NCBI GenBank assembly: GCA_034439575.1
Contig: JAWXAQ010000029.1
Span: 1-64,000, forward strand
Direction: 5' to 3'
Length of the DNA stretch: 64,000 bases
Source: Leptospira sp.
GTDB taxonomy: Bacteria; Spirochaetota; Leptospiria; Leptospirales; Leptospiraceae
Position 1 is the first letter of the stretch, and every line of letters starts with the position of its first letter. The notes beneath the pieces are model-generated. The model searched no databases. It was not told where the DNA came from and saw only the letters and a program-made list of their open reading frames with translations. The position numbers and the translations under genes were made by a program. Shown here one piece after another: positions 42,676-52,958 of the stretch.

Positions 42676-43964
42676 AAATTAAATTTCATACTCTCGGTTG
42701 TCGGTTAAATTTTTTTGAAACCGATGGCCTTTATTCCGTCCTGAAAGACAATGGTTTTTCGCTCGCAGATAACAATGAGAATGCGAACTATATAGTTGTA
42801 AATACTTGTACCGTCACAAACAAAGCGGATGTAAAGAATAGAAACATCATTCGAAATGCAATTCGTTCCAATCCTGGAGCAAAAGTATTTGTCACAGGTT
42901 GTTATGCGGAAACAGATCGAGAAATCATCTCCGCCATTCCAGGGGTCACAGCTGTTTATGGAAATACAGAAAAAAGCTCTCTTCCTTACAAAATTTTGGC
43001 TGATTGGAAGGGAACTGAAAATTCAATTCCAGAATCTTTGGATAGGTTCTCTTATTCGGATGTATTGCCAGAAGGACATACTCGTTCTTATTTAAAAATC
43101 CAAGATGGATGCAATCGCAAATGTTCTTATTGCAAAATTCCTGCGGCTAGAGGGCTTGGAGTTAGTCGAAAGTATGATGATGTTTTGGATCAAGTTCGTT
43201 TTTTACAGGACCATGGCGTAGGAGAAATACAGCTTACGGGCGTTAATCTAGGCTGGTATCGTTTAGAAAATGGGGATAAAGGTTTCCTGAATTTACTTGA
43301 AAGCATCTTAAAAATATTAGAATATTCTAGATTAAGGCTTTCTTCTATCGAACCACCCGATGTAGGGGATGGACTTCTTGATCTGATGACCCACCCAAGG
43401 TTTTGTAAATTTTTACATATACCCATTCAAAGTGGTAGTAGAAGTGTTCTTAAAGCAATGAAGCGGACGTATCATCCAGATTCGTTTCGTTTACGAGTAA
43501 ACAAAGCTAAGACAAAAATTCCAGATTTGTTTCTAGGTACAGATGCCATTGTCGGATTTCCCAATGAATCAATTCAGGATTTTGAAGACACCAAATCTAT
43601 GTTAATTGAACTTGGATTCGCAAAAATCCATGCATTTCCTTATTCTGTGAGAAAAGATACGAGTGCTGAAGGATTGGGCGACCCCATTCAAGGCGATGAA
43701 AAGAAACGCCGTGTACTTGAATTGATGGCACTTAGTTCTGAATTGAATGAAGAGTATGTTAAAACCCAAATAGGGATACTACAAGAAGGCATTCTAGAAA
43801 ACGACGGTCGTTTGGTGACGAGTAATTATCTGAAAGGACGCCTTGAAGATGATGCTGATTATAAATTTTTACAAAATGGGCAGTTTTTGGATGTAATTCC
43901 AAAATCTTACATCAAAATTCCAAACAAAGAAACAGAAGTCATCTTTTCCCTTCGCAAAAACTAA
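42672..43964 (+). CDS. mtaB: tRNA t6A37 methylthiotransferase (radical SAM)
   Basis: [36 protein letters not shown]. Confidence 0.92.
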   Translation: MKIKFHTLGCRLNFFETDGLYSVLKDNGFSLADNNENANYIVVNTCTVTNKADVKNRNIIRNAIRSNPGAKVFVTGCYAETDREIISAIPGVTAVYGNTEKSSLPYKILADWKGTENSIPESLDRFSYSDVLPEGHTRSYLKIQDGCNRKCSYCKIPAARGLGVSRKYDDVLDQVRFLQDHGVGEIQLTGVNLGWYRLENGDKGFLNLLESILKILEYSRLRLSSIEPPDVGDGLLDLMTHPRFCKFLHIPIQSGSRSVLKAMKRTYHPDSFRLRVNKAKTKIPDLFLGTDAIVGFPNESIQDFEDTKSMLIELGFAKIHAFPYSVRKDTSAEGLGDPIQGDEKKRRVLELMALSSELNEEYVKTQIGILQEGILENDGRLVTSNYLKGRLEDDADYKFLQNGQFLDVIPKSYIKIPNKETEVIFSLRKN

Positions 43965-43972
43965 AATCTAGT

Positions 43973-45226
43973 TTATTTTTTTGTCCAAACCGTCCATTCC
44001 CCTTTTTTAGAAGCTGCCACTTCCCATTCCGTACCAGGATCATGAAAATTTGAATCTATGGAAATAGCCAAACTCGGCTCATCCTTTTCATTTTTGATAA
44101 AGGCCGCAAATCCATTATATTTCTCTGTTAGGTCAATCCAATTTGAGCCAGAAGTGATTCCCGCTTTCTTTCGCGCCTGCACTAAATCTTTAATCTCTGT
44201 TAATCCCCAATCAAAATAATCTGGCCAATAGATACAAGGTGTCCCTGGTGTAGAAAGGATAAAGGCATAGGCACGAGATTTGAAATGACTGGGACATTCC
44301 CAAACTTTTTGGCCCCATCCATTGGCATGAGAATAGGGCGAAGCACCTGTATCATGATTGTCTACTAATGTGGCAACTAACTCGCGCTCACTTTTGTTGT
44401 GGCTTAAATTAAGTCCGTATTTTAAATAATCGGCATTGGCAGAATTGATTTCTTTTTTCAGTATCATATCAAAAACACAACAACCAGATTCTTTTGCCCA
44501 TCCAAGAATGCGTGATCTTTCATTTGATCCGTATCTTTGGAACATAGGATCATCTTTGATACTTGCTGCTTGCCAATACTCACCCACCGAAAAGTATTCT
44601 ACTTTTTTTGTGTCCTTGATGAGACTAAAAACATCCTTAGGATGATAGCCCCAAACAAAATCCCATCTCCATCCATCCACATGACATTCATCTAAAAGTT
44701 CATTTAATGCATGTTTGAATCTGTTGTACACCTCAGGCATATCTAGTTTTAAATCACAACTACCATCAAAAAATGCTCCGCCTGTATCTGATCCACTTAT
44801 GCGCCAAGCAGGGCCTGGATATTCCCAAGTATCCTTTTTCATTCTAAATCGATCTCTATGATTAAGAACGATATCTATAATCACTTTAATATCTAATTTG
44901 TGAAAAGTTGAAACAAGTTCAATTAATTCTTGTTTGGTGCCATATCGAGAATTTAAATCAAAGTCCCGCCAAAAATAACCTTCACCTCCTCCATGTTTGC
45001 CATTACTTTCCCAATGAGAATCGTCAATCCAAGGGGGTGGGAGATAAAGTATAGTAATACCTAGAGAATGTATTTCGGGAGCAATATCGATAAGTGTTTT
45101 GTACCAAGATCGTTTTTGATTGTTAAGAGTTCCAGTTCCCTTGGTCTTAACTAAATTCCAATGGAAAGCTTGCAAAAGGATGTCTTTTCCATTTCCCCTG
45201 GTTGGTTCAACAATCTGTTCATTCAT
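43973..45226 (-). CDS. GH13 alpha-amylase resembling maltotetraose-forming (G4) amylase
   Basis: LLQAFHWN, GGGEGYFW, DIVLNH, GWRWDFV, VGEYW, LVDNHDTG catalytic regions. ATG 45226 preferred. Confidence 0.85.
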   Translation of the reverse strand: MNEQIVEPTRGNGKDILLQAFHWNLVKTKGTGTLNNQKRSWYKTLIDIAPEIHSLGITILYLPPPWIDDSHWESNGKHGGGEGYFWRDFDLNSRYGTKQELIELVSTFHKLDIKVIIDIVLNHRDRFRMKKDTWEYPGPAWRISGSDTGGAFFDGSCDLKLDMPEVYNRFKHALNELLDECHVDGWRWDFVWGYHPKDVFSLIKDTKKVEYFSVGEYWQAASIKDDPMFQRYGSNERSRILGWAKESGCCVFDMILKKEINSANADYLKYGLNLSHNKSERELVATLVDNHDTGASPYSHANGWGQKVWECPSHFKSRAYAFILSTPGTPCIYWPDYFDWGLTEIKDLVQARKKAGITSGSNWIDLTEKYNGFAAFIKNEKDEPSLAISIDSNFHDPGTEWEVAASKKGEWTVWTKK

Positions 45227-45309
45227 GGTAAAAATTTGACATATATCACTATTAGATTCAAGAATATTAATTAATTTTGATCGCCAAAGTAATATCACAC
45301 AGATAGATT

Positions 45310-46089
45310 TTGTTTATGTTCCATAGAAAAAAGCTGATGATGGGAGTCTCAGGATTCCTAATTTTTTTAGTAGGTTTGATTTATTTTCTTTTTCCATCTA
45401 ACAAAAAAACAATTCGTTTAGAAAGAGGGGCAATTGTGGAAGCGGTATATTCATTGGGAGCCGTGAAACCAATCCAGGAATATTCCCTTAAGTTTGGAGT
45501 CGCCGCTTCCATTCGTGAATTGTTCATTGAAGAAGGAGAAACAGTGAACAAAAATCAAGCTTTACTTAGTAATGATTCAGGTATCGTATTTCGAGCACCG
45601 TTCTCAGGAACAATTACCAACCTAACATTATCTAAAAATGAAATCGTGATGCCAGGTGTTCCTCTATTAAAATTAATCGATATGAAGAACGCATACATTC
45701 AAGTTTCGCTAGACCAAGAGTCTGCTTTACTTGTGAGAGCAAATCAGAAAGTTCAATTGAGTTTTGAATCCATTCGCGGGCATGTGTACCAAGGCTACGT
45801 TGAGAGAATATACCCTTCTCAAGGTCAATTTATTGTTCGAATTCAGGTTAAATCATTACCTGAAGGAATATTGCCAGAAATGACAACTGATGTAGCAATA
45901 GAAGTCGCAAAAAAAGAAAATGTAATTCTTGTTCCACTCATTGCCATAGATAAAGGGAAAGTGATCCGAATTCGAAATGGGAAAAAACAAAAAGTTGATG
46001 TCAAGTTAGGTGCTATTAATTCTGAATATGCAGAGTTAATAGATGGTGATTTGTTAGAGAATGACGAAGTATTCATAAATAAAAGTTAA
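45310..46089 (+). CDS. Efflux periplasmic adaptor (MacA/MFP family), lacking the alpha-hairpin
   Basis: N-terminal TM, lipoyl halves EEGETVNKNQAL and FRAPFSGTI, LPEMTTDVAI, VILVP. Confidence 0.8.
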   Translation: MFMFHRKKLMMGVSGFLIFLVGLIYFLFPSNKKTIRLERGAIVEAVYSLGAVKPIQEYSLKFGVAASIRELFIEEGETVNKNQALLSNDSGIVFRAPFSGTITNLTLSKNEIVMPGVPLLKLIDMKNAYIQVSLDQESALLVRANQKVQLSFESIRGHVYQGYVERIYPSQGQFIVRIQVKSLPEGILPEMTTDVAIEVAKKENVILVPLIAIDKGKVIRIRNGKKQKVDVKLGAINSEYAELIDGDLLENDEVFINKS

Positions 46090-46090
46090 T

Positions 46091-47344
46091 ATGTTTTTTT
46101 TAGCAATTCGACAGATTCTATCTCGTCCGCAACAATCTATTCTGACCCTAATTGGTATTTTGCTCGGGACCGCGGGTTATGTAATGTTTTCTGGGATCAT
46201 GCTTGGTTTTCAGTCTGTTATCATGGAACAATTGGTCAATTCTGATGGACAAATAAAAATTTCTCCGCGAGATGCAATTATTTCTGAAAAAACTTTCGAA
46301 GATATTTTTTTTGATGGTTATCAGGTGAAATGGTTGTCTCCTCCGTCAGGAAGAACTGATAACACTCGATTGACGAATGTATTGGGTTGGATGGATAGGC
46401 TTAGTAATGACTCTCGTGTATTGGCTTATTCACCCCAACTAACGAGAGAGATAATCTATTTTAATGGAAAATCTACGGCACCAGCTAGGCTAATTGGTAT
46501 AGATCCCATACGTCAGGGTAAGGTAACAAATTTAGAATCATACATATTAAATTCAAAGTTACAATCATTGAATTCTGGCGGATCTCTAGGTATACTTGGG
46601 ACTGGCATTTTAACAAAGTTAGGTGCAAAAGTTGGAGATACGATACGTGTTATGACTACAAAAGGTGTCTCTTCACCTCTAAAAGTAATAGGGGAACTTC
46701 AAACAGGAAATCGTTTAGTTGATGATGTTTCTTCCTATGCATCTATTGCGACAGTACAAAATATAACACAATCTAGTGGAGAGATTTCTCAAATCATAGT
46801 TAAATTAATAGATGTTCGAGAGGCTGAACGAATTGCCACTGAATGGGCTTATTTTAGTAAAGATAAAGTTGAAAGTTGGGACCAAGCCAATGAAAGCATA
46901 CTTTCTGTTTTTAAAACGCAAGATATCGTCAGAAATTCGACTACTTTTACAATCATATTAGTTGTTGCTTTTGGTATATACAATATTTTGAATATGGTTG
47001 TGAATCAAAAGAAAAAGGAAGTCGCCATTCTTCGATCCATCGGTTTTGACGGAAGAGATACAATCATTCTATTTTTAATTCAAGGAATTTTATTGGGTCT
47101 AATCGGTGCATTTTTTGGATTAATACTTGGCGCATTTGGATGTTATATGATCGAAGGTATTCCACTCGGTTCTTCGAAAGGAGAATCGAAGGCTTTGATA
47201 AGAACAATGATGATTTCATGGGATTTTATAATCTATGTCAAAGCCTTATTCATCGCTATACTTAGTTCGACAATTGCAAGTTATATTCCTGCCAGAATGG
47301 CAAGTCGCCTTTCACCAGTAGAGATCATTAGGGGCGCGACATGA
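46091..47344 (+). CDS. MacB/FtsX-type ABC permease
   Basis: LTLIGILLG, VNQKKKEVAILRSIG, YIPARMASRLSPV. Confidence 0.88.
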   Translation: MFFLAIRQILSRPQQSILTLIGILLGTAGYVMFSGIMLGFQSVIMEQLVNSDGQIKISPRDAIISEKTFEDIFFDGYQVKWLSPPSGRTDNTRLTNVLGWMDRLSNDSRVLAYSPQLTREIIYFNGKSTAPARLIGIDPIRQGKVTNLESYILNSKLQSLNSGGSLGILGTGILTKLGAKVGDTIRVMTTKGVSSPLKVIGELQTGNRLVDDVSSYASIATVQNITQSSGEISQIIVKLIDVREAERIATEWAYFSKDKVESWDQANESILSVFKTQDIVRNSTTFTIILVVAFGIYNILNMVVNQKKKEVAILRSIGFDGRDTIILFLIQGILLGLIGAFFGLILGAFGCYMIEGIPLGSSKGESKALIRTMMISWDFIIYVKALFIAILSSTIASYIPARMASRLSPVEIIRGAT

Positions 47345-48015
47345 TTTCAGATGGAATCATTGCACAAGGTATATATAAAGCCTTTGGTGACCCGCCACAA
47401 AATATTCTTACTAACATTTCATTAGAAATTCAAAGTGGTGAGTTTGTCGCCTTAATAGGAAAATCTGGATCAGGTAAGTCAACCTTACTTTATATATTGA
47501 GTGGTTTAGATAATCCAACAAGTGGAAATGTAAGTTTAAATGGCTATGATTTATCAGTTATAAATGAGATTCAAATGCATAAATTAAGAAACGAATCCAT
47601 AGGGTTTGTTTTTCAATTTCATTATCTTTTACCAGAGCTAACCGCGATAGAAAATATCACTATGCCATCTCGAAAAAATAATACATTAAATCTTTCACAA
47701 GAATATGCCAAACATTTGTTAAACGAATTTTCTTTAACGCATTGCACCGATAAATTTCCGAGTCAAATGTCTGGTGGAGAACAACAACGAGTTGCCATTG
47801 CTCGTGCTTTGGTACAAAAGCCCAAATTTATTTTTGCCGATGAGCCAACTGGAAATTTAGATACAGCTAACGGTGACAAGGTTATGGAAATATTTACTAA
47901 GATAAATCGGGAAAATCATACTACAATTTTATTCGTAACACATGACCTTGATTATGCGAATTCTGCTAAAAAAAGAGTCCACCTACAAGATGGACGCATT
48001 CTAAAAATAGATTAG
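47341..48015 (+). CDS. ABC transporter ATP-binding protein (LolD/MacB type)
   Basis: [33 protein letters not shown]. Confidence 0.92.
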   Translation: MISDGIIAQGIYKAFGDPPQNILTNISLEIQSGEFVALIGKSGSGKSTLLYILSGLDNPTSGNVSLNGYDLSVINEIQMHKLRNESIGFVFQFHYLLPELTAIENITMPSRKNNTLNLSQEYAKHLLNEFSLTHCTDKFPSQMSGGEQQRVAIARALVQKPKFIFADEPTGNLDTANGDKVMEIFTKINRENHTTILFVTHDLDYANSAKKRVHLQDGRILKID

Positions 48016-48054
48016 CTTTGTCCGATCTTCAAAACTTGTAATTTTTCTACTTTT

Positions 48055-48094
48055 TATCTGCTATATTAGGCAAAAAAGGCAAGTATAGCAGATA
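48055..48094. promoter_or_regulatory. Perfect 11-bp inverted repeat between the ABC operon and metZ
   Basis: TATCTGCTATA-N18-TATAGCAGATA. Confidence 0.5.
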
Positions 48095-48148
48095 TTCCTC
48101 CAAAAAATTAGTGTCTTCCTTCTCCTATCATTAACTTTGGAAATTGAT

Positions 48149-49321
48149 ATGTTTGAACATTTTGAAACAGATGCTGTACGCATCCAAACGCCGAGAACTG
48201 AGCAAAAGGAACATTCGACTCCTTTATTTATGACTTCTAGTTTTATATTTGATAATGCGGAAGAAGCAAGAGCGATTTTTGCTGATGAAATCCAGGGAAA
48301 TATGTATTCCCGTTTTTCAAATCCAAATACGACGGAAATGATAGATAAACTGGCGCGAATGGAGAAAACAGAAGACGGAGTTCCTTTTGCTTCTGGAATG
48401 GCCGCTGTTTTTAATTCCATGTTCGCATTGTTAAAGTCAGGTGATCATGTTCTCGCTTCCAGATCAATTTTTGGTTCAACACATCAAGTTTTAACTCAAA
48501 TTTTTCCAAGATTTAACATTGGTTGTTCGTATGCTGATATCGGTAACACCAAACAATGGGAAGAAGGTGTGAACCCAAATACAAAAATTGTTTTTATAGA
48601 AACACCTTCAAACCCAGCATTAGACATTATAGATTTGGAATGGATCGCTGGCTTTTGTAAACAGCGCAATTTAATCTTAATTGTAGATAATTGTTTTTGC
48701 ACACCTTATTTGCAAAGACCAGCTGAGTTTGGGGCAGATTTGATTGTTCATTCTGGAACAAAGTTTCTTGATGGGCAAGGACGTGTAATCGCTGGTGCAG
48801 TCTTAGGTCGTAAAGATTTAATAAAAGAAATTCGAATTATTGCCAGGGCGACGGGACCATCCTTATCACCAATGAACGCATGGCTTATATCAAAAAGCCT
48901 AGAGACACTCGCGATTCGCATGGACAGACATTCAGAAAATGCTCATAAATTATCCGAATTTTTAGAAAGTCATTCTGAGATTGAACTTGTCAAATATCCT
49001 TTTTTACCTTCTCATCCTCATTATATACTTGCAAAAAAACAGATGAAGTTAGGTGGTGGCATTGTCACCTTTGTCGTGAAAGGCGGAGTTTCCCGAGGTG
49101 CCAGATTTTTGGATGCACTGAAATGGTTCTCACTTACGGCTAATCTAGGTGATTCAAGAACTACAGTGACTCATCCGGCTTCCACGACTCACGCAAAGCT
49201 AAAAGAAGAAGAAAGGCTTGCTGTGGGAATACTGCCTGGACTCATCCGAGTATCTGTCGGTTTAGAACATATTGATGATATTATCGCAGAGGTAGATCAG
49301 GCACTTTTGCACTCAAAGTAA
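48149..49321 (+). CDS. metZ: O-succinyl/O-acetylhomoserine sulfhydrylase (trans-sulfuration PLP enzyme)
   Basis: EHSTPLFMTSSF, YSRFSNP, HSGTKFLDGQGR, ANLGDSRT. Confidence 0.85.
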   Translation: MFEHFETDAVRIQTPRTEQKEHSTPLFMTSSFIFDNAEEARAIFADEIQGNMYSRFSNPNTTEMIDKLARMEKTEDGVPFASGMAAVFNSMFALLKSGDHVLASRSIFGSTHQVLTQIFPRFNIGCSYADIGNTKQWEEGVNPNTKIVFIETPSNPALDIIDLEWIAGFCKQRNLILIVDNCFCTPYLQRPAEFGADLIVHSGTKFLDGQGRVIAGAVLGRKDLIKEIRIIARATGPSLSPMNAWLISKSLETLAIRMDRHSENAHKLSEFLESHSEIELVKYPFLPSHPHYILAKKQMKLGGGIVTFVVKGGVSRGARFLDALKWFSLTANLGDSRTTVTHPASTTHAKLKEEERLAVGILPGLIRVSVGLEHIDDIIAEVDQALLHSK

Positions 49322-49332
49322 GAGTGCATTTT

Positions 49333-49809
49333 TTATTTCGAATAATTCAAGTTATTGCATTTTTCACAAATTTCTTTTGGTATGATACCAACTTTCATAA
49401 GCAAACCAAAGAAAAAACAACCGGCACACCATCCTACAAAGGATTCAAGTGAGGCAAAAAAAACGAGTATGCTGAGTACAATTCGATAAATATGGAATAA
49501 ATCTAATTGGAATAATATAATCGATGTTAATGCGAATATAAATCCAATCAATTGAGCAAATCGTTTCGGTGGGCCAGCTGTTGGAATAAATGAGATTCCC
49601 AATTTTGGAACCAGATAACGAGACGTAATTAAGGCAAATGGTTCAAACTTCGGACCATAGGTGACTCTAGCCGTAAAACCAAAAAGTAAAATGCCAAGAG
49701 TAATTATATTTGGAAAAAATAGACTTATGAGTCCAAGAATTACAACCGTAGATGCGACGATGCGGGTAGCATTTTCATTTACAACTTCAGGATAATCGCC
49801 AAATTTCAT
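49333..49809 (-). CDS. DUF4395-like membrane protein
   Basis: VNENATR, PPKRFAQLIG, LESFVGWCAGC, C-terminal CEKC. Confidence 0.8.
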   Translation of the reverse strand: MKFGDYPEVVNENATRIVASTVVILGLISLFFPNIITLGILLFGFTARVTYGPKFEPFALITSRYLVPKLGISFIPTAGPPKRFAQLIGFIFALTSIILFQLDLFHIYRIVLSILVFFASLESFVGWCAGCFFFGLLMKVGIIPKEICEKCNNLNYSK

Positions 49810-49890
49810 ATATGCCCTCTCTTTAGAAAGATTTGAATCGAGGGGATATTTTGCAAGAAAAATTCGTTTTTGCAGAGGAAAAGTTTATTT

Positions 49891-49912
49891 TATTGACATA
49901 TTTCTGTTAATA
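49891..49912 (+). promoter_or_regulatory. TTGACA -35 element inside an inverted repeat (putative operator)
   Basis: TATTGACA-N6-TGTTAATA in the divergent DUF4395/rhodanese intergenic region. Confidence 0.5.
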
Positions 49913-49962
49913 CGTGAAAAGTTCTTCAAATTCAAGCCATTTGTTTACTAGGAATTCGAAAC

Positions 49963-50916
49963 GTGTATAAAATCTCAGCATTTAATAAATTCAGAAACAG
50001 AGTGATTCTACTACTTGGACTGTTTTTCTGCCTCGTGTGTTTGGATGCGAAGGAGAATCACCCATCTAATTTTAAAGTTTGGGATTTATCTTCTTCATGG
50101 GTCATTTCCCCCTTACAAGCGCTAAATCTTGAGAAAAATGGTGCCAAGAAAGTGGATGCCAGAGGACTTCATCTTCGATTTTTACCACCATTGAAATCTT
50201 CTGTAAATATGAATTGGGAAGAGTTCACATTTGAAAAACAATCTGAAAAAGGGAAACTGTTAGGTAAGGAAATTGCCTTAAAAAAATTGAAAAAAATTGG
50301 TATAGAAACAAATTCCACCATACTTGTATTTGGTGATAGTCTGGATGGTTGGGGGGAGGAAGGACGAATCGTTTGGATGTTAAGAGAACTTGGAATTCAA
50401 TCTTCCTATTTAGTCGATGGCGGAGTGAAACATTTCAATCACTTAAAAAGCAAAAAAGGGGACGAAAGTAAATCTCAAATTCAAAATTTTCATTCGAAAA
50501 GTAAAATCGTAAGTTCTTTCAATATCGAAGCAGAAACATTGTCCGAACTAGTAAAACAGAATAGTCAAAAAATTGAAATTCTTGATGTAAGAGAGAAACG
50601 AGAATTTTTGGGTGATACTCCTTATGGAGAATCTAGAAGAGGCCATATATCAGGCGCTAAATGGCTCTTCTATCGTGAATTTATTGATGAATCTGGTTTT
50701 ATAAAGTCGAGCGAAGAAATTATAAAACTACTTCATAAAAAAAACATTTCATTAAACGTGACTCTTGTCTCATATTGTACGGGAGGTGTTCGCTCTGCCT
50801 TTACGACTGCGGTTTTAGTATCTTATGGATTTAAGGCTCTCAATTATTCTGGATCTATGTGGGAATGGACCTCAAAAGATATTACAAACTACCCAACAAT
50901 TACTGGTGATTTGTGA
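49963..50916 (+). CDS. Exported tandem-domain rhodanese / sulfurtransferase
   Basis: Signal peptide, GRIVWML...LVDGG, LDVRE..EF.G, GHISGA, active site YCTGGVRS, YSGSMWEW. Confidence 0.88.
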   Translation: MYKISAFNKFRNRVILLLGLFFCLVCLDAKENHPSNFKVWDLSSSWVISPLQALNLEKNGAKKVDARGLHLRFLPPLKSSVNMNWEEFTFEKQSEKGKLLGKEIALKKLKKIGIETNSTILVFGDSLDGWGEEGRIVWMLRELGIQSSYLVDGGVKHFNHLKSKKGDESKSQIQNFHSKSKIVSSFNIEAETLSELVKQNSQKIEILDVREKREFLGDTPYGESRRGHISGAKWLFYREFIDESGFIKSSEEIIKLLHKKNISLNVTLVSYCTGGVRSAFTTAVLVSYGFKALNYSGSMWEWTSKDITNYPTITGDL

Positions 50917-52241
50917 AAACATATAAAATATTATTAACATTCTCTGCATTTCTGATAGGCCTTTCTTTTATTTACATTTACAAACAATATTATAATCCCA
51001 TATCAATTGAAGAAGTTTTTCCAGGTAAACCATGGAGCAAAACTATAGAACAACTCCCTGATCTCAAAGGTGTAGGTCCACCGAGAGCTGAAAATTGTGG
51101 AAAGTGTCACACTGAAATTTATCGTGAATGGAAAACTTCGACCCATGCTCATGCAAACTCTGATTTACAATTTCAGGCGGAATTAAGCAAACCAAGTTCT
51201 CCGAAGTGGATTTGTTTAAATTGTCATATCCCGATTCAAAACCAAAGAGAGACTATCATCAATTCATTGCAAGGTGGAGATTATTTTAAACCAATAGAAG
51301 TTACGAATACAAAATTTGATCAAGCGATGAAAGATGAAGGTGTAACGTGCGCTACTTGTCATGTGAGGCTTGATGAAAGAGGTGAGTCCGTAGTCATCAC
51401 GGCGAATGGATTTTCGTCCCCCCCTCATCCCATCCAATTGAATCCAAAACTTCTCCAGAATAGGTGCTTGGACTGTCATAATGAAACTTATACTCTAAAC
51501 AAATCACTTGTTTGTTACTTTCAAACTGGCGATGAGTTACAAGAAGGGAAAAAACATTTTCCTGATAAAAATTGTGTCAATTGTCATTTACCAGAAATCA
51601 GTCGTTCCATAGTCAAAAATGAATTTAAGAAACCGATTCGAAATTCCCACAAACATGCGTTCATTGGTGGTGGTGTTCCTAAAGAATTTAATTTATATAA
51701 AGATCAAATACTGGGAGGTTATGTAACTGGCGTTACATTATTAAGCTTTGATTATGCGAATCACGAAATATCTGTTAAATATCAAAATGCAAATGCTGCT
51801 CATTACGTTCCTACGGGCGATCCAGAAAGATTTTTACGATTAGAATTTATATTTTTGGATGAAATGAAGAAAGTTCTTTCAAAAAAAGAAGATACCATTG
51901 GGCAAATATGGCAATGGGAACCACAAGCTAAACTCATGAGCGAAAATAGACTTCGGCCAAAAGAAATTCGCGAATGGAGTGAATCAAATTTAAATGAAAA
52001 TGTACGTTATGTCATATTTCGTATCACACATGTTAAATTAAAAAATATAACTTCGGAATATATGCAATTAAATGCAAATTCTGCCTTAGAAAGTTATAGA
52101 GAAAAATTAAAAAATATAAAAGAATTTTATCCACATAGTTCAATTGTTTTAGAAAGTATGATAGATTTAAAAACAAAAAAAGTGAATGATACAAAATTGA
52201 CTGATCTATTTTTAAGGAATCAATTCCGACGTGGAGAATAA
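50913..52241 (+). CDS. Membrane-anchored pentaheme c-type cytochrome
   Basis: Five CxxCH motifs (CGKCH, CLNCH, CATCH, CLDCH, CVNCH) and an N-terminal TM/signal. Confidence 0.9.
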   Translation: MKTYKILLTFSAFLIGLSFIYIYKQYYNPISIEEVFPGKPWSKTIEQLPDLKGVGPPRAENCGKCHTEIYREWKTSTHAHANSDLQFQAELSKPSSPKWICLNCHIPIQNQRETIINSLQGGDYFKPIEVTNTKFDQAMKDEGVTCATCHVRLDERGESVVITANGFSSPPHPIQLNPKLLQNRCLDCHNETYTLNKSLVCYFQTGDELQEGKKHFPDKNCVNCHLPEISRSIVKNEFKKPIRNSHKHAFIGGGVPKEFNLYKDQILGGYVTGVTLLSFDYANHEISVKYQNANAAHYVPTGDPERFLRLEFIFLDEMKKVLSKKEDTIGQIWQWEPQAKLMSENRLRPKEIREWSESNLNENVRYVIFRITHVKLKNITSEYMQLNANSALESYREKLKNIKEFYPHSSIVLESMIDLKTKKVNDTKLTDLFLRNQFRRGE

Positions 52242-52950
52242 AATCATTGTTATCATACCTGTTCGTAATGAAGAAGAAAATTTGCCATTAGTAATCGGTG
52301 AACTATTGAATTTGCAATTATTTAGTTCTTCCGACATTATTCTTGTAGATAATGGATCAACTGACGCTTCTTCTGCGATAGGAAAATCCTTCGGAGTCAA
52401 TGTCTTATTTGAGAATAATTTGGGATACGGCAGTGCTTGTTTGGCGGGTATTTCAGAAATTAAAAAGCAATTATTAAATCCAGATTGTGTTTTAATTATG
52501 GATGGCGATGGCGCAGATGATCCAGATGACATTCACAAATTAATTAAAATGTACAATGCGAATTCTACTGATCTTGTGATTGGCTCTAGAGTCTTAGGAA
52601 AAAGAGAAAAGGGTTCCTTAAGTTTGATCCAAAGGTTTGGAAATTGGCTTACCTGCTCACTAATACTTTTATTTTATCAAAGAAAATTTACAGATCTTGG
52701 TCCATTGCGACTTATCAAATACAGTTCTCTATTAAGAATGGGTTTGATAGATAAAACTTGGGGATGGAATATCGAAATGCAGATTCGAGCCTTACAAGAA
52801 AAAATGAATGTAATAGAAATCCCAGTCAATTATAGAAAGAGAAAGTTTGGTAAATCAAAAATTTCTGGAACCCTTGGGATGGCAATGCGAGTGGGAATAA
52901 AAATTTTATATACTTTCTTTAATCTAACACTAAATAAACGAAACAATTAA
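52231..52950 (+). CDS. GT2 glycosyltransferase (polyprenyl-phosphate sugar synthase-like)
   Basis: IIPVRNEE, VDNGSTD, GYGSAC, MDGDGAD, VIGSR, WGWNIEMQ, SKISGT. Confidence 0.88.
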   Translation: MENKIIVIIPVRNEEENLPLVIGELLNLQLFSSSDIILVDNGSTDASSAIGKSFGVNVLFENNLGYGSACLAGISEIKKQLLNPDCVLIMDGDGADDPDDIHKLIKMYNANSTDLVIGSRVLGKREKGSLSLIQRFGNWLTCSLILLFYQRKFTDLGPLRLIKYSSLLRMGLIDKTWGWNIEMQIRALQEKMNVIEIPVNYRKRKFGKSKISGTLGMAMRVGIKILYTFFNLTLNKRNN

Positions 52951-52958
52951 TATCGGTT

